Positions 16,091 through 29,583 are shown, numbered from the stretch's first letter. The stretch is 64,000 nt of DNA from Octopus vulgaris (GCA_951406725.2 OX597832.1:33418001-33482000); one strand, 5' to 3'. Translations and numbers: made by a program. The notes: a model not told the origin generated them from the sequence alone.

Positions 16091-17654
16091 CAGAGTATTA
16101 ATATAAATGTATTAGAAAGGATATATCGAAGTTTTATTGCCTGTAAAACTTATTGTTACCTGTGCAATAAATAATAGAAAAAATGTTCAATAAAAATCTA
16201 TTCATTAAGTGATACATATACCATTCGTTAGAATTTCATCTTATTGAACCAAAAGGATCGACATATAATTGCATATTCCTTATTACGCAATATTTTCTCA
16301 TAATTATCTCATGATTTAGAAAATATACACACTGATGAGTTTCGATGCGTTTGAAAAATTTAATATTTCAGGATATTTACCTAAGTTATTTCCAATCACA
16401 ATAATATATTATATTAATTTCAAATTTTCCTCTGCTAAACACATAATTTTTGCTTTCTACTTCTCTCACTTTTTCTCGCTACATTCTACTTCAGCAAGCG
16501 TGTTAACCATGTGATCTCGCCCTTCATATCGCTAACATTTCTCTGTTTCTGTTCCTCTTCCCCACTCACTTCCACCAAGCACCCATTCCCCTTTCTTTTC
16601 TATCTCAACCACACTCCGCATTTCTCTCTGTCTCTCTCCCACCCTCCCTCCCTCCCTGTCATTCTCACTCCACCTCACATCAGACCTCCTCCTCTCTCTA
16701 ACTCACTAAAGCGTAACGTGTGAGGTATCTCAAGCTTAGACACCGATGACTTTGCAGGGGATCCACTCCACAAGGTAAATAAAGACTATAAGAGGCATCG
16801 AGTTGAGCGGGTAGGGGCACAATTATACGGATAAACAAGTGAGATGCATTGAATATATCAAATATGTTAAGTATGGTATATGTAATAGATTCGGTATGAA
16901 ATGCAAAATATGTTTATCTGCATACAAACAAAACGAAAGAAAGGTAATGGTAGATACTTTCAGATTACGAATTGTGCTTGTCCCGAATCCTAAAGGACGA
17001 CCTGCGCCTGCTCATACGCTGCTTAAATGGGTCGCCTATGAAACCGTCATATTTCTGTGGCTGTGCTCTTGTGCTGGCGGTGTAACAGGCGTTGCTGTTA
17101 CTGTCGTTAACTGTGCGCCTGATGCGGGAGACACTGTAGGTTTAGCCGAATTGCTGCCTGCATTGTTGGTGCTGTTGTTACTGTTGAAGCTGTAAGAATA
17201 GTTACCGTAGTTGTCTCTGCTGCTTGATGTCTTGTTGCCACCAGCCACCACCTCTGCCACTGCCTCTGGCGCAGCCCTCGTCCCCTCCACCACCGCCGTC
17301 ACTGTTACTGTGCAGTGGCCCCTCGGCACCGCTACTGCCGTTGTTGGCAATGCTGTTGCTGTTTTAGCCAGAATACCAAAATACAGCGAAACTTTTGACT
17401 CAACACACACTATATATATATATATATGTGTGTGTGTGTGCGTGTGTTTGTGTGTGTGTGTGTATATATTTATATATATGTATATATAAATATATATATT
17501 TATATATACATACATACATATATACATACATACATACATATATACATGTATATATAGAGACATACACACACGCACACACACTCACACACACATATATATA
17601 TATATATGTATATGTATATAAATGTATAAATATATATTTATATATAAATGTGTG

Positions 17655-17761
<107 letters not shown>

Positions 17762-18875
17762 TCTGTGTGTATGTAGAGCCACTCAGAAAAGCATGCTAAA
17801 TATACAGTGAGTATGTCTATGCATACGTAAATACACACATGCATACAAGCGTGCGCACATACAGCTATGCATACCAATAACATACATAGACAAACAGACT
17901 CTGAGAATGAGTGACTCGCACCTCCTTCAACATAACCACTCATATACACTTATTGCACACCAAATAGCAACCTACCTCTGTCACATTAGCTATGTCTTCA
18001 ATTGGCGTTCAAACCAAACTGGCATCAACTTTTATATCTCAGGGCAAAATAAAGGTTACTTTGGTAGACGAAATAATTTAGATATTTGGTAATTCATGAT
18101 GCTAAAGAACAAAACTCCGAACCTAAGTATGCAAGCATTCCATAGGTACCATATAAAATAAGAAACAATTTACGCTGACGCTGAGACTTTCGTTCATTCC
18201 AAGTTCCTCTCGGCAATTTTCACAATATTCAATTATCTCATTTATAATAATGGAATTTTCTGTGTAATTTACCAAAGTGAAAATCTTAAAATTTAAGTGC
18301 TGAAATTCTTTAATTTAAAATAATTCCATGCAACGCGAAGAACGCAAATGTCTTGAAGTTGGGAAATTCTCCCCCTTCTTTAGGCAAAATCACTCATTCT
18401 AGTTTGTTAAAATTATGGATTCACAAAGCTTGCAGTCGCCGCTTACGAACTTTTAATTCAATAATTGATAAACCAAGGAGAATGCAGTGAGTTTACAAAG
18501 AAAGAAATATAGTCTTTGTGATTTATATCTGTGGCAGATTAGAGTAAACAGTGATCATCTCCTAGTTAAGCTCACAAAAACTAGTGTAACGGGTGGAGTT
18601 AAGTATCTTTAGAACACAGACCTGCATCGAATACATGTAAAAGATTGAAAGCAATGAAGAGTACCCAAGGTGACAGGTAGGGTCTCAAACCGGCCGACGT
18701 ATCACGTTTACCACCCATGTGAGATTTTGTGTCTGATCAAAGGAATGCTTATTAAATGCGTAAACAAACGGGTACAAATTTGTTTCTGTTTGTATCTGTA
18801 TGTGCGTGCGCACCTTTTTATGATCGCGTACGCGCATGCATACACATGTGTTGCGGTTACGCAGTTGTATATATG

Positions 18876-18924
<49 letters not shown>

Positions 18925-19103
18925 GTGTGTGTGTGTGTGTGTCTGTGTGCGTGTGTATATATGTATGTATGTATGTAATGTATTATATATAAGGGAAATT
19001 AAGATTCAAATGGATATAAAATACCACTTGGTAAAATCCGAGCCAATAATCCAAAAATAACAGTAATGATACTTATTTCATATATATATATATATATATA
19101 TAT

Positions 19104-19755
19104 TCGAGAGATTGCCACGCTATTATCCTTCTCTTCTCTACTTTTGCCCGACCCCACCTTGAATACTGCTGTCCACTGTGGTCTCCCTACACAAAACAAA
19201 ATATTATGAGAATTGAAGCTCCTCAAAGGTCAATCACAAAAAAGATAGATGGCATGTCAGACCTTGACTACTGGGGTAGACTAGAGAAGCTGAAATTGTA
19301 TTCACTCCAACGACGCCGTGAACGCTACATTATCTGTATGATGTGGAAAATATTCCATCAGCACTGTCCGAATGATGTTGGCATCACCTTCAAAATGCAT
19401 CCAAGGCTTGGACCACGTGCCATCCGTCCACAACAAAAATCTAAATCGCATCACATAACGACAATACGGCACAACTATTTCACCTCAATTGGACCCGCTC
19501 TCTTCAACATTACACCAGGACACGTCAAAAAAGAAACTGACCACACAAAATTCAAGAAGTCTTTGGACAAATTCCTTCAAACAGTACCGGACAAACCACC
19601 CACACACTCCCGGATATGTCTCCGCAAACAATAACTCTCTGCTCGAATGGGCCTTGGTGCCCAAATCCTGAACTGAAAGACTTCGCCAGGTGGTGCTATT
19701 AAGTTAGACATGGCCTGGGCCAATACTGGCCAAAACCTTTCTAAGTTATTCTAAG

Positions 19756-19758
<3 letters not shown>
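19104..19758 (+). mobile_element. CR1/L2-group LINE, 5'-truncated 3' end, copy 1
   Basis: Frame from 19104 reads [52 protein letters not shown], the post-RT region of CR1/L2-type ORF2; frameshift near 19605; GGCCA-atac-TGGCC hairpin; tail (TTCTAAGTTA)2; flanked by (TA)n. Confidence 0.9.
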
Positions 19759-19824
<66 letters not shown>

Positions 19825-20278
19825 CACATAAAATTCAGCAGAGCAAACGTTCGAAGCACGGAATGGACGAGGATTTTAAAGGACTCCCTCGACCCGGGAA
19901 ACATCTTAAATTCTTGGTCAGAAGTACTCGGACCTTGTTTCACTTCAGGTCTTTCCTCATAAAATCCTTGGACTCGCAAGCTGACTGGGTGGATTCAGGT
20001 TAGTGGTCTAAAGGAGATAATCATTTGTGCTTGACCTTTCTTCTTTGTCTGTGTATTGGAAAACTAGCCACAAGGCCTTTTTTCGCTGCCTTATGAAGAG
20101 AGGTTATAAGCTACCAGCCATTAGGGTCTGTGTAAAGTTAAGCGCCGTATAGATGCGAAATTGTGGGCAACCCTATGGACCGGCGTTATCTAAAATTCTC
20201 TAAAGACTATTGTTCTGTAACTTGGTACTTCTCTTTTGGATTTATGATTTACTGATTATATATATATACATAATACAC

Positions 20279-20327
<49 letters not shown>

Positions 20328-20328
20328 C

Positions 20329-20408
<80 letters not shown>

Positions 20409-21380
20409 CATTGTGATGAAGGAACTGAGTTGACTCTACTTTGTATGCACGATTGTTTTGGCAACTGACAATGCAAAACTGCGATCATAAATGTAGAGAA
20501 ATGTATCATATTTGAATGGCTTTATGTTTCATCTAAATTTCACACAAAGAACCCCTCATATTTAAATCTGAAACTCGTATTGTAACTGCTACAATGATCA
20601 GCGTGTCACAAAGTGACGCACTTTTCCAACAATATTTATACAGCAATGACTCCCATGTCGCTGTCAACGTTATTTTGCACTGCATTTTGTCTTTTTTCTA
20701 AATTTTGTACCGAAAGACATTCCCGTTGCATTTGTGACATGGTTTTTTTAATAATAACTAATACTCGTCGTTTTGTTTCCGTTAATATAATAAAAACAGC
20801 AATGATATTAGTTTGGTTCGTAAGCTCAGCGAATCAATACACGATTGGTTTCCACGATCGAGGTTAAAAATATATTATGGTACCAACATAATGAAAGGAG
20901 CGCACGAAAATGAATAAAAGAATAAACAAATCTATGAAAGAAATATCATGATATTATTTGTGACGTTATTATATTAGGTTAGCTTCGGTAGAGAGAGATA
21001 CGCTCCGAACGTTGTTTCGATGGCTTCGCTTTTGGTCTAGGTATTGTCGTTGTTGTTGTTGTTGTTAGGAATATATGAACAATGTCGGCAGATATGAAGA
21101 TGAATGTTGAATGGAGGCGTGTTAATGTGTGTGTGTGTGTGTGTATGTGAGTGTGCGCGCGTTTGTGTGTATGTGTGTGAGTAATTGTGTTTATAACTGA
21201 AAAAAAAGGGAGATAATAAAAGGGAAGGATACGAAGAAAGATTTATGATGGAATATTATCCGAGGTTAATAATGCTGCTATCGAAATGAGAATATATATA
21301 TCGTCAGTAGGTCATACATCCGAAAAAGGAGCCGTTCTCTAAAACAGAACAGTAATATATTTAGATGGTTGTTTGTTATG

Positions 21381-21467
21381 TCCGGTCAGAGAGGGACCAC
21401 AGAGAGTGACCATTGGTTTCGCACTTATAAAGCTGTATAGTCGACTCGTCAGACTGAAATGACCAGA
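21381..21467 (-). ncRNA. Type I hammerhead ribozyme, intact core
   Basis: Minus strand: TCTGGTCA tttc AGT CTGACGA [GTCGACTATAcagcttTATAAGTGC] GAAA CC aat G GTC ACT, 16 nt, TGACCGGA. All core nucleotides and three helices present. Confidence 0.75.
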
Positions 21468-21801
21468 TGTACGTAACTTCTCTACAATTGGAGAGAGGAA
21501 AACCTCACTCTCAGTTTAGTAAAGAAAAAAATAAATCTGGAACAAATACTACAGGTAAGCTTTCGGGTTGTGTTTTCCCCTTTACACTGTTTCTAGCTGT
21601 TCCAGCTCGGGAAATGGAGAGTTATAGGCCTGCAACAGGAAACGCCTGTGATATTATGAAAATGGTTCGCAACTATCACGTTGACTAAACATTCCTTTAT
21701 TGGAATCTAAAAATACCCCGGTTCAAACGAGCTTTACAGCGAATAAGATACGAAATACAGCAAACCTTTTGACTAAATAATATATATATATATATATATA
21801 T

Positions 21802-21868
<67 letters not shown>

Positions 21869-21871
21869 TAT

Positions 21872-21935
<64 letters not shown>

Positions 21936-22549
21936 ATAGATAAATAGATAGACATACATACACATAGACAGGTCGATAGATAAACAGGTATATGTATAGA
22001 CAGCCTCAGATGAATATACTTGCATTAATGTCTTTCCTAGTGCAACACCTCTGCAATCCTTTAGTTGCAGCATTGACAATTTAATACAACCAAACTCCAC
22101 CCCAACTCTTTCCACTCACCTGACAACTTCTCTACAGAGATGTCCAGTATAGTGACCACTCAATTAATTCATGACACCAGATATCTGCAATCCGTTCGTC
22201 TTTCATTGGAGCTATCATGGCTGTATCTTCAGATAATAACATATCTATATCCCGTTGCGCTGTTCTCACATTTAATTATTTCCATTTTCATTCGTTCTTC
22301 ACCTGTCAACGAATATCACGTTTATTTCTTTATGTTTACACATTGAAAGGTTCGAATGGCGAGGTTGATATCATGTCGCATTTATTGCATTTAATCATTC
22401 ATGCATTTATTTATCTATTTATTTCACTTGTTTTATATGATTTAGTTTCGAGACTGCATAACCTTCCTTTTAAAGTTTTCAGAGGTTGATGTAAGGGTGA
22501 CTAAAAGTTCTTTACTGATTGGATCCCTGGTGAAAATGATAATGAAATT

Positions 22550-24050
22550 ATAAAGTTCTTCAAATCCCTAGTTGTGGTCTTTAATCGACTGCCTTAGTTA
22601 TGCACTTTAACTACTTCCTGTTTAAAGTTATTTTCCACAAGGCACGAGACGAGCCAATCGAAGCTGTATTAAGAAATATGTGTGAAGAATTGTGGACAAC
22701 GTGGAATCAAAGACGAGTTTACAAGACTACGGTACAATTTTCTTAAGAAGCGAACTTTGGGTTCACGAAATCAACGTGTGAGTTGTGAATGCTTTTCATA
22801 ACAAGGGAACTGTGGACGCGGGAAATTACCATTGCCTTCTTCATTACTTTGACTCTAAGTGGGGCCCCACAAAGGATCTCAGTCTGTCTTATTTTGCAAT
22901 GGACTGCAGTTGTAACCGGGTATAACCAGCTACAAGTAAATCAGTTTCTGTGGACATTTCTCATGTTGCTTTTTCTCTGCCACATTTCCGCCCCTTAAGA
23001 GGGTCTACCAGAGGGCTTGTGTTGTAATGTCGAAAACAGGTTTCTGTAGTGTTTTTCCCAGTCATCTCTGCACCCTTCTCTTGGTATAGATTTCGATAAA
23101 TTGCTGGTTTCGATAAGTTTTTTTAATCTGAGATATCTATTCACAAAAACGACAGGACGGAAATAGCAGAGGCCGTCAGCTTGGTTGTGTTAGCAGAGGC
23201 TCTTCACTTGTATGAACGAGCCGTGAGAGTAAAGAAAACGTTACGCAAACAACAAACCTCGTGGGTTGAGTGTAATGAAGGCAGCAGTGGCTTCAATCGT
23301 TCTTGTATATCCTGATCGCTCTGCATTCCTCATGGAAGACACATCTCTGGTATGTGTAATGTCTGACATCTTCATTTTCAAGTTCTTTAACTGTGACACT
23401 GACATCGGTGGATAATTACACCAACATGGCGGCGAGCTGGCAGAATCGTTAGCACGCCGGACGAAATGCTTAGCCGTATTTCATCTGCCGCTACTTTATG
23501 AGTTCAAATTCCGCTGTGGTCGACTTCGCCTTTCATCCTTTCGGGGTCGATTACTTAAGTACCAGTTATGCACTGGGGTTGATATAATCGACTTAATCCG
23601 TTTGTCTGTCTTGTTTGTCCTCTCTGTGTTTAGCCCCTTGTGGGTAGTAAAGAAACAGATTACACCAACATGCTTTTTATCTTCCTGATCTTGAGGCCAA
23701 CTTTCATGGATGATGAACTGATTGTTGCCTCTTCTTCCACGTCGGCATGGCGGTTGCAAAGCAATTTCTTAAAGGTAGAACAACTGCAGCTCAGAATCCA
23801 CAGCATCAACATGGCTGTAGTGCTAGAGATGCAATTTCTATACAAATGAAAGATGGTTGCACGACTTCTACGCTTCGTGTTTAGTGAATTCAGGCCTTAC
23901 TGATATGAGAAAAGAGTAACAATCGATGAGATCAACAGTTTAGTTTGACTTAGTAGCAACCGCAATGGATAAAAAGCGTCAGAACTCAAATAGAAGTGGC
24001 CATTAGTTTGATTGCGTTAGCAGACGATCGGCACTTATATCAACAACTTG
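22550..24050 (-). mobile_element. Possible degraded LTR-retrotransposon gag region, interrupted by a SINE
   Basis: With frameshifts the minus strand near 22890-22995 gives KCGREK.HEKCP..TCSW..TAVHCK, like a Gypsy double zinc knuckle; weak. Confidence 0.3.
23428..23658 (+). mobile_element. SINE family A, full length, with 14-bp TSD
   Basis: tRNA-like head GGCGGCGAGCTGGCAGAATCGTTAG..GAGTTCAAATTCC; ATTACACCAACATG at 23415-23428 and 23659-23672. Confidence 0.93.
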
Positions 24051-24704
24051 TAAAAGGAAAGGAAAAAAATTATACAAACAAAATATGCCATGAAACTTTT
24101 GGATCAAACTCTGGTAAATTTAATGATGTTTGTGTAGACAGATATTGAAATTCTGGGAGATATTAATTCTACTAAGCTGGTGTGATCGAAATAAATATTT
24201 ACCACCTGCTATAGATCTGTTTCAAAGTCTGTGACAACTTCGTAAATCTGCAAAAAAATCACATATTGAAATTATAATCTTCAAATATAACTAGAAATCT
24301 TACAGTTGTTCACAAAAGCATGAATAGTTTTAAGATACAGATAATGGAAGCACAAAGTATTAAGCAAGGAGAAAAGTGATTCATTCTTGCCGAAGCAAAT
24401 GGCGAAACGGATTTAATCTATTGCACAACTTCAGGGCTGCTCTGATGCACGGCTGCACACTGTGGTGTATACTTCGCTGTGTTTTAGTATTTTTCTGCGT
24501 CTAATGTTCACATTTGAATACGCTTGTTTGTTGTAATACGTGATTTTACTCATTGTGCCTGGCTTTTCATGCGTATGTCGGCCATTATCTGTGTGTTTGT
24601 GAACGTCTCATAAACAATGAATCGAAATTTTATTCCCTGTTATATTATCACGATAGAAATATTTCATTAACTTACATATAATTTTATGTGTAAACACACA
24701 CGCA

Positions 24705-24746
24705 CATACATACATACATACATACATAGATACATACATACATACA

Positions 24747-24780
<34 letters not shown>

Positions 24781-24874
24781 CATACATACATACATACATA
24801 CATACATACATACATACATACATACATACATACATACATACATAGATACATACATACATACATACATACATACA

Positions 24875-24908
<34 letters not shown>

Positions 24909-24935
24909 CATACATACATGTACATACATACATAC
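24705..24935. repeat. (TACA)n microsatellite
   Basis: Directly visible. Confidence 0.98.
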
Positions 24936-25163
24936 ATTCACACAGGTATCTATGTATGCATTGTTTGAAGTGACGTACAGATTCTGTATTTTAAGAAAAA
25001 GGAAGTACTTAGAATATTGGATAATTATTTATTCTGCACTTTCATCTCATTTCGGAGAATCATCAAAAATGATAACTTTATAGATTTATGCTTTTCTTTT
25101 CTATCTGTGATTTAGTTGAAATAATCTAGAGTTGAATGGGGAAGAGAATGTTTATTATCTATA

Positions 25164-25256
<93 letters not shown>

Positions 25257-25276
25257 ATGTATATGTATATATATAT

Positions 25277-25323
<47 letters not shown>

Positions 25324-25578
25324 CATATACATATATATGTGTATGTAAGTATGCATGCATGCATGTGTATGTGTTATTATTATGTGCATTTATGTATGTG
25401 TGGTCGGTGAACTTTCGGAGGCTTAGTTAGAGGAAGAAAAACGGAAAAAAGGAAAGAAAGGGAAGAAAACAGAAAGAATAACGGGAAAAAGGAATCGCAG
25501 AAAATATTTCTGAGATGGTTGACCTTAATGCCATTCCACGATATCAGCGTTGCTATAATTATTGTTTTGTTACTTGTC

Positions 25579-25652
<74 letters not shown>

Positions 25653-25785
25653 GAATATTTCAAATTCTCTCTCTCTCTCCCACACACGCACATACACACG
25701 CACACATTAGATATATATAATATATAATGTAATATACCTACACACACACGTATATGTTACATACATATATTACATATACACGTCG

Positions 25786-26092
25786 TGACACTCCATCGGT
25801 TATGACGACGAGGGTTCCAGTTGCTCCGATTAACGGAAGAGCCTGCTCATAAAATTAACGTGCAAGTGGCTGAGCACTCCACCGACACGTGTACCCTTAA
25901 CGTAGTTCGCGGGGAGATTCAGAATGAGATAAAGTTGTGATGAAAGAGAATAGCAGGGTTTGCCACCGCCCCTTGTCGGAGTCTTGCCGGAGGTGTTTCC
26001 ATTCCGAAAACACACCGCCCGGTCTGGGAAACGAAACCGCGATCCTATGACTGCGAGTCCGCTGCCCTAACCAGGTGGGCCATTGCGCCTCC
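25786..26092 (-). mobile_element. SINE family C with tRNA-Arg-like head
   Basis: Reverse complement starts GGAGGCGCAATGGCCCACCTGGTTAGGGCAGCGGACTCGCAG..GGTTTCGTTTCCC, with A- and B-box-like motifs; resembles octopus SINEs as I recall them. Confidence 0.8.
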
Positions 26093-26163
26093 TCATATAC
26101 ACATATATACATAATTACATACATACATACACGTATATATATATATATTTATATATATATATT

Positions 26164-26196
<33 letters not shown>

Positions 26197-26280
26197 ATAG
26201 ATACATATACATATATATATGCATATACATATATATATACATATACATATATATATATATATATACATACACACACACAC

Positions 26281-26320
<40 letters not shown>

Positions 26321-26326
26321 TATTCT

Positions 26327-26561
26327 TATAGCACAAGGTTGTGCGTAGATACACCAACAGGCTTGAAATAGTCGTCGCTGAAAGCTCTATATACCGCCTA
26401 TTATTTTACTTGTTTAGCACATGTGTATATCTTTCTTTTGATATCTGATTGACTCAACAGCTCGCTTTCATCCTCTGCTAATGGAGTAAATAGGTGGTTT
26501 ATAGAGCTTTTAGCGTCTATCTCAAGCATGTTGGTGTGTCTACTCAGACCCCTGTGCTATA
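26327..26561. mobile_element. Fold-back (MITE-like) element with ~90-bp imperfect inverted arms
   Basis: TATAGCACAAGG..ACACCAACAGGCTTGA..AAAGCTCTATA..CCTATT pairs with AATAGG..TATAGAGCTTT..TCAAGCATGTTGGTGT..TGTGCTATA. Confidence 0.8.
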
Positions 26562-26694
26562 GTCATATGTAAATAGTTATATATCAGTATACAAATTTTC
26601 CTAAATGGTGTTAACATTCTACCTACTTCATAGAATCATTAAATGGTTTTATCCTTCGTTAATTAATTAATTAATTATACATAAATATATATTT

Positions 26695-27020
26695 TTTAAT
26701 ATTTCGGAATGGTCATATTTACTTTTTTTAAATACACACACGCACTGTATTTTCGTTCTTCATTCCAGATTTATTATTTTTCTTAGTTTAGAAAGACATC
26801 ATGGGTGAAACTGAGCAAGAAGGGACGCATGAAATGGAAAGTCGCTGAAGAGGTCGCAGAATGTGTGACGAAAGATTTAAACAAAGGATTAAAATAATAA
26901 CAACAACAAAACTGAAATAAGAACGAATATATTGTGCGTGCGTATAAAAAATAATAAAAAGGAAAATGACCGTCCCGAAAAATAGCAATATCTCTTTCAA
27001 CACATGATTACGCATTAGGA
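26695..27020 (+). mobile_element. PLE-type terminal repeat family X, copy 2
   Basis: ATTTCGGAATGGTCAT at 26701 inverted against ATGACCGTCCCGAAA near 26966; CTGAAGA G GTCGCA gaatg TGTGAC GAAA at 26845-26873. Confidence 0.6.
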
Positions 27021-27100
27021 ATTTTCCAAAACAAACGCATAAATGCCTGTGTGTGTATATAAATAAATATAAAGATAAACTAACTATCTATCTATCTATC

Positions 27101-27170
<70 letters not shown>

Positions 27171-27278
27171 GTATATATATATATATGTATATATATATAT
27201 GTATATATATATGTATATATATATATGTATATGTATATACATATATATATATATACATATATACATATATATATATAT

Positions 27279-27327
<49 letters not shown>

Positions 27328-27480
27328 CATATACATACATACGCACATACACATATTTGTATAGATGTATATATGTTATATACCAAGAAAATAATTTGAT
27401 TGTTAGTAGTGGATTGACTAAACTATATGAAAGAAGTCCAAAAGATGCAAATCTGTTTTAAGATGTAAACATAGAAACGC

Positions 27481-27860
27481 TCAAATGTTGATCAGTCTTT
27501 TAGGACTTTCTAACAGAATTGTTAGATTTAATTTTAACGTATAGAGAATATTAGTTACACCTGGATTGTATGGATTATTAAATGGTACAGCATTTTCTTC
27601 AATCTTTTTCCTTGGTTTCCTCAACTGTGTGATGTTCACCTTTATAATTCCTTCAATTATTAACTTGAGGTGGTATTTCAACTCTTTTCGGAAGTTGAAT
27701 CGGATTCCACATAATTTTGCATCCACTATTATTTGCACGTTCACTTGCTGCCATACTGTATGGATTGTATTTTTTAATGTGTGATGGATGACAAGAGTGG
27801 AAGTTCAAATATTAAAGCGTGTCAGGTGTTTTGTTTTTGGAATATGTATCCCTTGTTTCT
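27481..27860 (-). mobile_element. Penelope-like element, RT thumb and C-terminal fragment
   Basis: Minus strand reads PDTL*YLNFHSCHPSHIKKYNPYSMA (cf. KPTxTxxYLxFxSxHPxHxKxxIPYS), then LIIEGIIK..LRKPRKK..VPFNNPYNP. Confidence 0.8.
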
Positions 27861-27914
27861 GTGGAGACGCGTATTTTGACATGAAAGTCTAGGAACAGTA
27901 ATTCATTATGAATG

Positions 27915-28650
27915 CTTTCCGTCGCGAATGGGACATGTAACCACCAGAACTTCAAACATTTGGTCAATGGTTTCTATATCAATTTTAAAAGTGGATTCTT
28001 CTTCACACTCATGCTGATATGAACTACAAATCACATAATTTCATATACTACATCACCTGCCGCAACTGCAAAGAAATTATATTGGCAAAACTAATATTTC
28101 GCTTTGCCAACCAGTAAGAACCCACATTGCTTAAATAGTCACTGATTAAAGCAGTGTGACATTGTTGGATATATCAATAATATATTATGGTTGCAAAACG
28201 AAATACGGTGTCCAGACAAGTAAGTAATATGTAGGCACCAGTTGCCAGGAATGTATTTAATAAGTAAAATTGGTCTATCCAAAAATTCTTTCTACTATAG
28301 CTGCAAGGCCTGAAATTTCGGGGAGAGGGATAGTCGATTATGTCGACTCCAGTAGTCAACTGGTACTTAATTTATGGACCCCGAAAGGATGACAGGCAAA
28401 GTCGACCTCGGTGGAATTTGAACTCACAACGTAGTGATGGCCGAAATACGGCTAAGAATTTCGTCTAGTGTGCTAACGGTACTGCCAGCTCGCCTTCGGT
28501 CTATCCAATAATGCTGCCACGTTTTTTAAACAATGTGTTCGGGGATGGTTAATAGGTTTTAAATGATAATGAAGAAGGAGCAAGAACTCCTGAAATATGC
28601 ATGTACACCAATTTACTATTTAACCAACTTTGATCACATTGTTGTTTACA
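27915..28650 (+). mobile_element. Penelope-like element, GIY-YIG endonuclease and 3' end, interrupted by a SINE
   Basis: Plus strand reads MNYKSHNFIYYITCRNCKE, then after a frameshift YIGKTNISL; degenerate hammerhead at 28564-28610. Confidence 0.75.
28286..28497 (-). mobile_element. SINE family A, full length, with TSD
   Basis: Reverse complement of the family A head and body; GGTCTATCCAA at 28272-28282 and 28498-28508. Confidence 0.9.
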
Positions 28651-28922
28651 TTGGACATGTTCAGATAGGAAAGGTCGTAACAAATCAATGATGGTTACAA
28701 TTTCCATACTAAATCTGCGGAGATTACCTTAACAAGTGATATAAAAACGCAATGCTAACACAGTAGAGCATAGTATTGACTTCTAAAAAACGTGTAATAT
28801 AATTTATAGAATATTGAAGTTCTATAACGAAATACTGCATGGCTACAAGTGATTAATGTATATATAAATATATATATATAAAATATATATACATACATAT
28901 AGATATATATATATATATATGC

Positions 28923-28972
<50 letters not shown>

Positions 28973-29046
28973 TATACATACATATAAATATATATATATG
29001 CATATGTATATATGTATGTATATATATATATATATATATATATAAA

Positions 29047-29230
29047 CTTTTACTTGTTTAAGTCATTTGACTACGGCCATGTTGTAGCACCTCCTTAAAG
29101 GTGTTTGTCGAAGAAATCTATCCCAGGATTTATTCTTTGTAAGCTTAGCACTTATAGTACCGGTATGTTTTGCCGAACTGCTAGGTCACAGGGACAACAG
29201 GATCGGTTGTCAAGCAAGGAGACAAACACA
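29047..29230 (-). mobile_element. SINE family B, 3' half
   Basis: CTTTTACTTGTTTAAGTCATTTGACTACGGCCATG, TTTTGCCGAACTGCTA, ATCGGTTGTCAAGC. Confidence 0.8.
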
Positions 29231-29273
29231 ACCACGCACATTAATATATATGTATATATATATATATATATTA

Positions 29274-29583
29274 TTATATTTCGGAATGGTCATTTTGCCA
29301 GTTTAGGCAATAAAAACACACGCACTATATATTTGGTGTTCTTTTGTTTCAGTGTTATTTATTTTTTACATTAATCTTAATCTTATTTCGGCCATTTTTT
29401 TTCGTCACACTCCTGTGACCGCATCAGTGGTCCTTTGTTTTCTTCTTTCTTATTTGTGTCTCTCCTTACTAACCGTCAGCCATTTTAGCGTTTTTATTGG
29501 CTAAACTGGTGAAATGACCATTCCGAAATATAACAATATCTGTTTCAACACATGACTTCACATAAAAAAAACTTGCACAGCAA

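Noticed and set aside
16332-16360. CTGATGAG followed by GAAA
   Set aside because: No helix II, III or I pairing; chance match.
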